A DNA stretch of 42,334 nt, from positions 1-42,334 of the forward strand of contig JAITAG010000068.1 in NCBI GenBank assembly GCA_031284265.1, read 5' to 3'. Source of the DNA: Puniceicoccales bacterium. Its GTDB lineage: Bacteria > Verrucomicrobiota > Verrucomicrobiia > Opitutales > LL51. A model generated the notes under the pieces. That model was not told where the DNA came from. It searched no databases and saw only the letters and a program-made list of their open reading frames with translations. Made by a program: the position numbers and the translations under genes. Every line of letters starts with the position of its first letter. The stretch's first letter is position 1. Shown one piece after another: positions 21,279 to 29,017 of this stretch.

Positions 21279-21306
21279 AATATAGTGAGGAATAAAAACT
21301 TTTCAA
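21279..21306 (-). promoter_or_regulatory. Candidate sigma70-type promoter of the TPR-like/sctV/giant-ORF operon
   Basis: On the minus strand: TTGAAA, 16 nt, TATATT. The -10 element ends 9 nt before the ATG at 21269, implying a near-leaderless transcript. A paralogous copy lies at 23537-23564. Confidence 0.4.
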
Positions 21307-21348
21307 CTTTTTATTTGTAAAAATAAAAAAACCATTGAAAATAGTTTA

Positions 21349-21382
21349 CTAAAAAAATGGAGATTTTTCATTAAAAATCTCC
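21349..21382 (-). terminator. Rho-independent terminator after family member G
   Basis: 10-bp stem GGAGATTTTT / AAAAATCTCC (21359-21382) with a 4-nt loop, followed on the minus strand by a T-run (ATTTTTTTAG). A near-identical copy lies at 23592-23615. Confidence 0.6.
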
Positions 21383-21438
21383 GATTTTTTATATTTCTTA
21401 CATCTGTTTTTATATTATTTTTACGTCATTGGCAAGCT

Positions 21439-22518
21439 TTAAAACGTTTGATATTCTGGGGTTAAGCAAAAATATGCATCCACAAGAATAGCAATTAAAC
21501 CTCCCGCGACATTTAGTCCGTTACCTCGAGGCAATAAAGAACTCAGGTGCTGAGCACATTTTTGCGATACATCTTGAATAAAAGTACAAAAACTCGCACT
21601 AATAAAACCAATACATATGACACCATTGGCAGCATTATGATGAATAATAGCATTAACGCACTCCCTTACCTTTTGCATTAACGTTTCGCACCACCTCAGC
21701 AAATCTCGGTTTTGTTCTCGTAGCTCAAACTTTTCAGCGGATAATTCCTTTTCTAATGGAGTAAAATTTTCGTCTCCTCCAACTAATTCTTTCTGTAACT
21801 CGGTTTTTCGTTGCTCGAATGTCTTTTGTAGCTCATACATTTTTTGACAAAATCCTTCTACTAACACAATTTCTCGTTGACCAAATTCCTCTATCAACGC
21901 TGCTTTTTGTTGATCAAAATCGGCCTGTAATGCAAAATTTTGTTGAGCAATTTCTGCTTCCAACGCGGCCGTTTGCTGGGTAAACGTTTCTTGCAATGTA
22001 ACTGCTTGTTGGGCGAATGCCGCCTCCAATGCTTCTCTTTGTTCCGGATTGACGGCTAGCCATTCAATGGCTTGTCGGTTAAATTCTTCCATAAACGCTG
22101 CTTTTTGTCGATCAAATTCGGCTTGTAATGTGAGGCTTTGTTGATTAAATTCCTCTATAAATTTAGTTCTTTCTCGTTCAAATTCTTCCAGAAAACTTTT
22201 AAACCAATCAACTATTTGTGATTCGAACTCGTCCAGCAATGATGCCGCTTCTTGTCGAGTAGGTTCACCATCAAGTGATTCGAGTACTTGTTGAGCAAAT
22301 TGCATGTGCAATGCGTCTTCAGATGCTTGGACTTGTTCCAAGGCGCCTTCGAATATTTCAACATCCCCTACACAATCTCCCAAACATGCATTTAGCCGAC
22401 TTTGTTCCTGTTGGAATTTCTCTTGTTTTTCTTGCAATTCCGAAGCGTAACCCCATTGAATCCCTGGTATTTTAGCTATACAGAGCATTCCTAACATAAT
22501 CATTTTTTTCATATCCAT
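21439..22518 (-). CDS. Shared-leader family member G (359 aa): leader, hendecad-repeat body, C-terminal hydrophobic region
   Basis: Leader MDMKKMIMLGMLCIAKIPGIQWGYASE. The body is built of 11-residue repeats (xxxLQxxFxQQ). The C-terminus NGVICIGFISASFCTF...GGLIAILVDAYFCL is hydrophobic. Confidence 0.85.
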   Translation of the reverse strand: MDMKKMIMLGMLCIAKIPGIQWGYASELQEKQEKFQQEQSRLNACLGDCVGDVEIFEGALEQVQASEDALHMQFAQQVLESLDGEPTRQEAASLLDEFESQIVDWFKSFLEEFERERTKFIEEFNQQSLTLQAEFDRQKAAFMEEFNRQAIEWLAVNPEQREALEAAFAQQAVTLQETFTQQTAALEAEIAQQNFALQADFDQQKAALIEEFGQREIVLVEGFCQKMYELQKTFEQRKTELQKELVGGDENFTPLEKELSAEKFELREQNRDLLRWCETLMQKVRECVNAIIHHNAANGVICIGFISASFCTFIQDVSQKCAQHLSSLLPRGNGLNVAGGLIAILVDAYFCLTPEYQTF

Positions 22519-22634
22519 ATCGCTCTTCCCCCTATTTAACCTCTGAATCCCCGCTTAGGAAAACAATGATAATAATAATAAAGCTAAGCGAAAAAATCAG
22601 AAATTTCCAATTAAAATAATGACTTTAATTTTTA

Positions 22635-23507
22635 CTAGAGATTTATCAGCCTATTCAACCAAGACGGAGAGGATGCTGGAACAGACAACGGTTGCGAATC
22701 TCTACATTGTTGCAACTCAGCCAATCGTCGATTGAATTCCTCCTGCAATCTCGCTTCTTCTCGAATTAATTCTGTTTCTATTTCTTTTATCCGCTGAGTG
22801 TATATTCTTTGTTGTTCCCTATTTTGATCGCAGCGATCTACTTGCAATTTCTTTTTCTGTCGATCAAATTCTGCCGATATTTTATCGCTTTGCCGTTTGA
22901 ATTCCATTCGAAGTGTGTTTTTTCCTCGATCAAATTTTTCTTGTCTCTCGATTATTCCTTGATCAAATATTTTCTGCAATGCAGTTGCTTCTCGATTGAA
23001 TTCTCCCTGTAATGCATACATATGTTGGTTGAATTCTTTTTGTATTTCCGCTAGTGATTCATCCCCGTGTTCCGATAATGCTTTGGATGTTTGGTTGAAT
23101 TTTTCTTGCAATACAGCTGCCCGTTGATTAAAATCCTCATATAAGTTCTTTTTTGCGCGTTCAAACCATTCATCTAATTCAGCTACGCAGTAATTGAATT
23201 CTCCTTGCAATGCTGTTTCATATTCAGCAAATTTTTCTTGCAATGCAGCGTCTTTTTGGGTGAACTCTTCCCGCAATGCAGTTTGTTTTTGAAAGTATAT
23301 TATTGGCAATTCAACATCCTGAAAAGTTGCATCCCTTTGCAATTCAACATATCTTTGTGCGAATTCTTCTCGCAACATAGCTCGCCGCCGTTCAAACTCT
23401 TCACGCAACGCCGCTAATTCACCTTCACACGAAGCTTGACAATGTTGAATTTCCGGTACCGTGCTCGTACAAAGCAAACCCAATATGATCATTTTTTTTA
23501 TATCCAC
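22635..23507 (-). CDS. Shared-leader family member F (290 aa): leader plus hendecad-repeat body
   Basis: Leader (M)DIKKMIILGLLCTSTVPEIQHCQAS. The start codon is GTG at 23507, preceded by AAGGAG with an 8-nt spacer. The body has repeats such as ALREEFTQKDA / ALQEKFAEYET / ALQGEFNYCVA. Confidence 0.85.
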   Translation of the reverse strand: MDIKKMIILGLLCTSTVPEIQHCQASCEGELAALREEFERRRAMLREEFAQRYVELQRDATFQDVELPIIYFQKQTALREEFTQKDAALQEKFAEYETALQGEFNYCVAELDEWFERAKKNLYEDFNQRAAVLQEKFNQTSKALSEHGDESLAEIQKEFNQHMYALQGEFNREATALQKIFDQGIIERQEKFDRGKNTLRMEFKRQSDKISAEFDRQKKKLQVDRCDQNREQQRIYTQRIKEIETELIREEARLQEEFNRRLAELQQCRDSQPLSVPASSPSWLNRLINL

Positions 23508-23536
23508 AAACTCATCTCCTTAAAATTTCAATTCTA

Positions 23537-23564
23537 AATATAATGAGGAATAGATATTTTGCAA
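23537..23564 (-). promoter_or_regulatory. Candidate sigma70-type promoter for family members F and G
   Basis: On the minus strand: TTGCAA, 16 nt, TATATT. It lies in a segment paralogous to 21273-21390. Confidence 0.4.
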
Positions 23565-23580
23565 ATTTTTTTTATAAAAT

Positions 23581-23615
23581 ACTAAAAAACCGGAGATTTT
23601 TCATTAAAAATCCCC
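23581..23615 (-). terminator. Rho-independent terminator after family member E
   Basis: Stem GGGGATTTTT / AAAAATCTCC (23592-23615) with a 4-nt loop, followed on the minus strand by GGTTTTTTAG. Confidence 0.55.
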
Positions 23616-23739
23616 GATTCTTGTTAAAAAATTGATTAATAATGATTTTGGCTCTTACCAAGACTTCAATTTTACATTAATAACCTTTCACGAATTGGTC
23701 ATTCCTATAATTGGCGATAAAAGCTTTACAACTTTTTGT

Positions 23740-24234
23740 TCACCGGAGTGAAGCCTGCAGCTGAGGAAGCGGAAGCGCGCACTCAAACTTTTTCAAAAAG
23801 CATTTATAGCAATTCAGAATCTGCGTACCGCTTTTATCGAGTTCATTTCGGAGCTCTATCTTTTCTTCCAGCGATAACCTGCCATTAAGCGCATTTCTCG
23901 CTGTGTGCAAAGCTTCCGGATGCGCATTGAAGGCATCATAGATTACCAATGCACTTGCCAATAGGGCTGCGCCCAGGGCTTGTCCATCCGTAGGATTATT
24001 ACCAACGAGCTTATACGTATTATTGGCTATTCCTTGAATTAGACCCGGCAACCACGCGCAATTATTCTTCGACAAACAGTCAAGGAATGATGGAAAAAAA
24101 TTATTTCCATAATCATTGACTGGACTGTATCCAACCACTGGATAAGTTGCATCTTCTTCCCTATTAATTGTAGCCGATCCACCGAGTGATAATCCGCATA
24201 ATATCCCCACGCTAATTATTTTTTTTATATCCAT
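23740..24234 (-). CDS. Shared-leader family member E (164 aa)
   Basis: The track ORF starts at a TTG (24291). The family-conserved ATG GAT ATA AAA AAA start is at 24234, behind AAAGGAAAAGAT. Leader MDIKKIISVGILCGLSLGGSATI. Confidence 0.75.
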   Translation of the reverse strand: MDIKKIISVGILCGLSLGGSATINREEDATYPVVGYSPVNDYGNNFFPSFLDCLSKNNCAWLPGLIQGIANNTYKLVGNNPTDGQALGAALLASALVIYDAFNAHPEALHTARNALNGRLSLEEKIELRNELDKSGTQILNCYKCFLKKFECALPLPQLQASLR

Positions 24235-24316
24235 ATCTTTTCCTTTATTGTATGATTTTAACCAATTCGACAATCCTTTCGAACGTTGCAACTTAAAAAG
24301 TCAATGCGCTCGTCGC

Positions 24317-25144
24317 TTAAGGAGTTGCTTGTGTAGCCTCTTGAGCAGCATTAAACAGGGATTTGCCTGAAGCAATGGCCTGTGTAAACCACGTCCCAAA
24401 AACTAACGCAGAAGCTTTCAAGTGGCCTCCCAAATTCAAGAAGCCTCCCTTTACACAATTAAGCCAATTCAAGGCATTAGAAATATTTTTCATGAACAGA
24501 GTTATACCATTCGCACGGCCATACACGCCCCCATAGTAAAGAGGCAGACCAATAAAATGACACAAAACTGCACTCCCAATAACACCACCAATAGCCAGCT
24601 TGTGCCGTCCTAAGAATTCGGTTAAGATTTCGGCTTTTTTGCTTAAGAAGGAGCGTTTTTGCTCTAATTTTTCTAATGTTGCTTGACGTTCTTTGATTCC
24701 TTCTTCTAAATTTCTGTGCTCTTCAGTAAACATTTGTCGCAAATGTTCGAGTGTGCCTGTGATTTCTTCTCTAGTAAAAACTTCACACTCACGAACTCTT
24801 TTTCCCAATTGCATGTATTCACTTCCTATTGTACCGAATACATCTTTCATTATTTGATTTAATTCTTCACAAGTTCTTGCATTGCCAATGGAATCTTGTG
24901 CCTTTCTTAAAAAATTTTCCAGATCGGTTTCAAACTGGCTAATAAGTCTGCCTGCCTCTACCTGTCTTCTGTTCTCTTTCAGATTTTCGATTTGTCTTAG
25001 TGCTGCATTTCTAGCTCGTGCCTCAGCACTTCCAGTTTTTGATCTAGCACTTCCTGTTTTTCCTGATGCATTGCAACCATTATACGCTCCAATTGTTCCG
25101 ATTGCACCGAGCAATCCCAATATGATCATTTTCTTTGTATCCAT
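24317..25144 (-). CDS. Shared-leader family member D (275 aa): leader, helical body, Gly-rich hydrophobic C-terminal region
   Basis: Leader MDTKKMIILGLLGAIGTIGAYNGCNAS. The C-terminal region LAIGGVIGSAVLCHFIGLPLYYGGVYG...ASALVFGTWFTQAIASG is hydrophobic. Confidence 0.85.
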   Translation of the reverse strand: MDTKKMIILGLLGAIGTIGAYNGCNASGKTGSARSKTGSAEARARNAALRQIENLKENRRQVEAGRLISQFETDLENFLRKAQDSIGNARTCEELNQIMKDVFGTIGSEYMQLGKRVRECEVFTREEITGTLEHLRQMFTEEHRNLEEGIKERQATLEKLEQKRSFLSKKAEILTEFLGRHKLAIGGVIGSAVLCHFIGLPLYYGGVYGRANGITLFMKNISNALNWLNCVKGGFLNLGGHLKASALVFGTWFTQAIASGKSLFNAAQEATQATP

Positions 25145-25178
25145 ATCTTTTTCTTTCCTTTAATATCGTTAAATATCG

Positions 25179-26003
25179 TTAATAAACTGTTATCTCCGGT
25201 GGAAGGGATGTTCCGTAAGTTGGATTGTCGTTCAAAGCCTTATATTGTCTATCCGCTGCGACAGAAAGCTCATTTATGCGATCTTGGACTAATCTCCTGC
25301 ATGCTTCCAGTCTTACTTCTTCTGCTGCTGCTACTTGGTCGAATGTTTCTCTCCGCGCTTCAAGTTGCGATATAGCATAAGAGAATTGCCTTTCTTCGTA
25401 GCCGAATTCCTCGCGTTGCTGATTTAATTTTTCGGATTCTGTATGTAAATCATGGTATTCTTGAGCAAGATGTATGATCTGATTATTAAAATCATCAATT
25501 TGACAATTAAATTCTTCATTCAACTCTCCAAATATTAATTGTACTGTTCGTTCCACCTGTTCTTTACAATCTATAAATCCTCGGAATTTCGCATCCAAAT
25601 AAGCATCCAAATTTTGAAATCGGGAATATAATTCTTGCAATTCTGCATCTATTGCTGCTCGTATGTTAGCATCTATAAATTCCGGAGGTTGATTTTCCAA
25701 AAAACCCCACAAATTTTGAGATCGGCAACATAATTCTTTCCGTTCTGTTTGTATTTCTTTCCGTTCTCCATTGTCTTCTATTCCATTCAATTGATCTTCT
25801 AAAGTGTTCTCAAAATCCCAAAGCATCCGAGTCAATTGACCCTCCCGAACATCCACAAAATTCTGAAGATGATAATATAATTTTTCCAATTCTGCTTGTT
25901 CTTTGGGAGGCAACTCTATCTCTTCCGAAGCGTAACTCCATTGAATCCCAAACGTTCCGGTTGCACCAAGCAACCCCAATGTAATCATTTTTTTTATATC
26001 CAT
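25179..26003 (-). CDS. Shared-leader family member C (274 aa), acidic helical body
   Basis: Leader MDIKKMITLGLLGATGTFGIQWSYASE. The 5' UTR is conserved with member B (GTCAAATAAAGAAAG). Confidence 0.85.
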   Translation of the reverse strand: MDIKKMITLGLLGATGTFGIQWSYASEEIELPPKEQAELEKLYYHLQNFVDVREGQLTRMLWDFENTLEDQLNGIEDNGERKEIQTERKELCCRSQNLWGFLENQPPEFIDANIRAAIDAELQELYSRFQNLDAYLDAKFRGFIDCKEQVERTVQLIFGELNEEFNCQIDDFNNQIIHLAQEYHDLHTESEKLNQQREEFGYEERQFSYAISQLEARRETFDQVAAAEEVRLEACRRLVQDRINELSVAADRQYKALNDNPTYGTSLPPEITVY

Positions 26004-26048
26004 ATTTTTTTACTTTCTTTATTTGACAAAAAATTCGACTCTTCTCCA

Positions 26049-26615
26049 CTATCCTTGCAGGATTTCGTTGAGCTGACATATACGCGTGATGCAATCTTGA
26101 AACATACCTAACCACTGATTAATCTCATTGACATTAGTAGGATAACAAATAGTAGAATCCTTCGCAATATTTTTTATTTCATTGATTAATGTTAAGTATC
26201 GATCATGTAGACACATGCATTCCATTCGCAATTCTGCTATAGCCCCTGGTACTTCTGCAGTATTTTGATATACAGATTCCGATGCTCGTGTACCCTGCTG
26301 TTGCAATGCACTTCTTGCCCCTTTCAATGTTGCGCATATCAGAGACATATCACCTGAGCTTCTGACTTCATCCCAAATACCACAAAGTTGATTCCTAAAT
26401 TCGCTTAGCAGTCTAATTTGAGCACTAGCTACTGCCTGTTCACATTCTCCTTGAAAGTAGTCTTTACGTACTTGAAAACCAGAGAACGCTCTTTCTAATT
26501 CTTGATAAAAGTTATAACAGTTGCTCAACGTTTCTCCTGAAGCATGCCACCATTGAATTCCAAACGTTCCGGTTACACCAAGCAACCCCAACATGATCAT
26601 TTTTTTAATATCCAT
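26049..26615 (-). CDS. Shared-leader family member B (188 aa)
   Basis: The track ORF extends to 26714, but the family-conserved ATG GAT ATT AAA AAA ATG start is at 26615. That start also removes the overlap with member A. Leader MDIKKMIMLGLLGVTGTFGIQWWHASGE. Confidence 0.8.
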   Translation of the reverse strand: MDIKKMIMLGLLGVTGTFGIQWWHASGETLSNCYNFYQELERAFSGFQVRKDYFQGECEQAVASAQIRLLSEFRNQLCGIWDEVRSSGDMSLICATLKGARSALQQQGTRASESVYQNTAEVPGAIAELRMECMCLHDRYLTLINEIKNIAKDSTICYPTNVNEINQWLGMFQDCITRICQLNEILQG

Positions 26616-26670
26616 ATCTTTTCCTTTCTTTATTTGACAGAAAAACTTAGACTTCTTTCCTTTGATTAGC

Positions 26671-27255
26671 CTAGGGCTGCGGTAATAAATTGAAACGCGC
26701 GACACAATTTTCAAGCATCTCTAACAATTCTTCAATGTCAGTAACATTCAAAAAACGAATAGCAGGACTGTTAGCAATTTCTTCCATGTCCGCATTTAAG
26801 CATTCGTATTGCCCTCGTAGCCCTCGGTATTGCTGCGAAAATTCTAACATAAAATCAGTCATGGCGTTAAAATCCATTTGATCTACAGCTCCCAATAATT
26901 GCCGCTTTTGTTGTTGAAATTCAAATATTTTTCGTTCAATTGCTTCCAGTTCCGCAATAAGATGTCTATTATTTATTGGGTCTAAAGTGTTCCAATTGTC
27001 TAATATCCATTTCCAATATTTATCTTGCAACATAGTTATTCCTTGATCAAGGAATAGTCCTAATGAATTTTTCAATGCTTGAAAATTTGAAAACTCCTCT
27101 TCTAGCCTATGATAATGTTTCGAACATTCTTCCAATCTGGTCTTTATCGCTTCGTAGTCTTGGCTCGAATCCATAAATAAAGCATGCCCCCATTGAATTC
27201 CAAATGTTCCGGTTACACCAAGCAACTCCAACATGATTATTTTTTTAATATCCAT
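26671..27255 (-). CDS. Shared-leader family member A (194 aa)
   Basis: Leader MDIKKIIMLELLGVTGTFGIQWGHALF. The first 75 nt or so are nearly identical to members B and C. Confidence 0.85.
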   Translation of the reverse strand: MDIKKIIMLELLGVTGTFGIQWGHALFMDSSQDYEAIKTRLEECSKHYHRLEEEFSNFQALKNSLGLFLDQGITMLQDKYWKWILDNWNTLDPINNRHLIAELEAIERKIFEFQQQKRQLLGAVDQMDFNAMTDFMLEFSQQYRGLRGQYECLNADMEEIANSPAIRFLNVTDIEELLEMLENCVARFNLLPQP

Positions 27256-27273
27256 ATTTTTATTTATGTTATT

Positions 27274-27301
27274 TTTATATTAATTATAAAACTTCTGTCA
27301 A
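27274..27301 (-). promoter_or_regulatory. Candidate sigma70-type promoter for family members A to E
   Basis: On the minus strand: TTGACA (27301-27296), 16 nt, TATAAA (27279-27274), about 18 nt upstream of the ATG at 27255. Confidence 0.35.
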
Positions 27302-27355
27302 AGCTAAAATTTTTTATAAAAAACCATCCATTGACGTTTAAATATTCACTTACGC

Positions 27356-28195
27356 TCACTTAAAATCTCTAATCGCACAAGCCCCAAAAGTTGGTTCAAC
27401 TTGCTTAGCATATTCCTTTAATACCCAATCGCCCTTATCGAGACAATAACTTTGCTTTCCAACCTTTAGAGTTCCCGGTTGTCCAACCTGAACATAACCT
27501 TCTGCTTTCATATTTTCCGGGTTACTTCTTTTATTAAAATCCGATCTGCAGTCACCCAGTTTAAGTATATGCCACGAAGGTATGTGTTCACATGAACTTT
27601 CAAATGTAAAAACTATCGGTTTTGGTGCCGGTGTTGGCGTTGCCGTTGGCGTTGGCGTCGGACGCGGCGTTGGCGTCGGCATTGCTGTTGGCGTTGGCGT
27701 CGGACGCGGCGTTGGTGAAAACGTTACCGTTGCCGTTGGCATTGGCGTCGGCGTTGCCATTGCTGTTGGCGTTAGCACCGGACGCGGCGTTGGTGAAAAC
27801 GTTACCGTTGCCGTTGGCATTGGCGTCGGCGTTACCATTGCTGTTGGCGTTGGCACCGGTGAGGACGTCGAATTGGTGTCCCCAAAACTGGCTCCATCTA
27901 GTCGTCCCAACGGTGCTTCTCTATTACGAAGAAGGAACATTCCTATTCCTATTCCTGCCGCTACTGCTGCGAACGCTGCAATTTTTGCACAAATTCCACA
28001 CCTCGATTGAGAATCCGATCGAGAATCCTGCTCATTTTCGTCATCAAAGTCGCTACCACGTCCGGGAGATCGGGTCTGTTGCCTACTATATACCACAAGA
28101 TCATCATTGGTTGTGCTACCTTGAATAGCATTAAACATACTTCCCGCTATCATAATAGCTGTTATACTACTTCTTTCTACTCGTTTTATACTCAT
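27356..28195 (-). CDS. Membrane-anchored Pro/Thr-repeat protein with a Cys-containing C-terminal domain (279 aa)
   Basis: It has an acidic N-terminal segment and a TM-like stretch (CGICAKIAAFAAVAAGIGIGMFLL). These are followed by about 100 aa of PTPT/PMPT repeats and a C-terminal domain of about 85 aa with 4 Cys. Confidence 0.8.
   Translation of the reverse strand: MSIKRVERSSITAIMIAGSMFNAIQGSTTNDDLVVYSRQQTRSPGRGSDFDDENEQDSRSDSQSRCGICAKIAAFAAVAAGIGIGMFLLRNREAPLGRLDGASFGDTNSTSSPVPTPTAMVTPTPMPTATVTFSPTPRPVLTPTAMATPTPMPTATVTFSPTPRPTPTPTAMPTPTPRPTPTPTATPTPAPKPIVFTFESSCEHIPSWHILKLGDCRSDFNKRSNPENMKAEGYVQVGQPGTLKVGKQSYCLDKGDWVLKEYAKQVEPTFGACAIRDFK
27702..27857. repeat. 2 x 78-nt tandem repeat (26-aa unit) inside the Pro/Thr-repeat gene
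   Basis: The unit ggacgcggcgttggtgaaaacgttaccgttgccgttggcattggcgtcggcgtt... recurs at 27702 and 27780 with 2-3 differences. Degenerate gttggcgt(t/c)gg units flank it on the left. Confidence 0.85.
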
Positions 28196-28222
28196 TATAA
28201 TCCTTCAAGATTTTGTTAATTA

Positions 28223-29017
28223 TTATTTAGTTATTTTTTTATAATATATTATATAAATATTTTTTTTATATAAAATAAAAAGATAAGCCAATCCTTCCTT
28301 CCATCTATCATTCAATTCTCTTAAATGTTTTCGAACATTGCCATCGGAAAAGAGTCCTCCGAAAATCGTTTCACATTTATGGTTATTATAAATATCAAGC
28401 CGGTTGAAAAAGTTTTTAAATCCACCAGGTAATTTTCCTAAAAAATTTCCCGTGTAGATATCATCGATAACAAAGACAGGAATTTTTTCCGTAGAAGAAA
28501 TCTTCTGAAATAAAGAAGATTTATCTTTCACTATTATCATCTTATCTTTTTCAACATATCGTTCTTGAATAACTTTGTCTCGAGGGTTTTCCAGCCAACC
28601 TGTCATAAGGCCTTTGGGATCCAAAGTTCCCTCCGAGGAGGATTCATTCTTATCACATGCTAAGCAAACTAATGCGACAATTGAGGATAATGTCTCTTCC
28701 AAGGATATTCGTCCTCCAGAAATTTCCTTTCCCCAATAATGATAAATATCCAGGCTCGATGGATCGCAACCAAGGTCAGTACATAATTTTTTTATCCAAC
28801 TTTGAATATCTTTACTTTCATTTTCTACGCTTAATTTCCGCCTGAAAAGTTTATGACATTTATTCATGTCCACATTTCGTTGCTTCGCATAGATTTCACA
28901 TTGACTTAATTCAGCATAGCAGGAATACGGCGCATTGCCCATAATGATTGCAACCATTATACCTATCTGTGAAGTTTTCATATCCATCTTGGATATTAAT
29001 TTATATAATTTTCCCAT
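28223..29017 (-). CDS. Hypothetical protein (264 aa; alternative ATG at 28987 gives MDMKTSQIGIMVAIIMGNAPYSCYA...)
   Basis: Long ORF with a hydrophobic N-terminus after MDMK. The ATGGATATGAAAA start resembles the family start. No domain recognised. Confidence 0.7.
   Translation of the reverse strand: MGKLYKLISKMDMKTSQIGIMVAIIMGNAPYSCYAELSQCEIYAKQRNVDMNKCHKLFRRKLSVENESKDIQSWIKKLCTDLGCDPSSLDIYHYWGKEISGGRISLEETLSSIVALVCLACDKNESSSEGTLDPKGLMTGWLENPRDKVIQERYVEKDKMIIVKDKSSLFQKISSTEKIPVFVIDDIYTGNFLGKLPGGFKNFFNRLDIYNNHKCETIFGGLFSDGNVRKHLRELNDRWKEGLAYLFILYKKNIYIIYYKKITK

Noticed and set aside
26616-26714. N-terminal extensions proposed by the track for 26049-26714, 23740-24291, 35995-36753, 40104-40838 and 41267-42028
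   Set aside because: The extensions start at TTG or other weak starts. They overlap neighbouring genes or repeat elements, and they precede a family-conserved or SD-associated ATG. Shorter coordinates were used.
27582-28128. Two plus-strand ORFs (142 and 168 aa) with GVGV and ALAL repeats
   Set aside because: They are antisense frames of the GC-rich Pro/Thr repeat, kept open only by the repeat composition.
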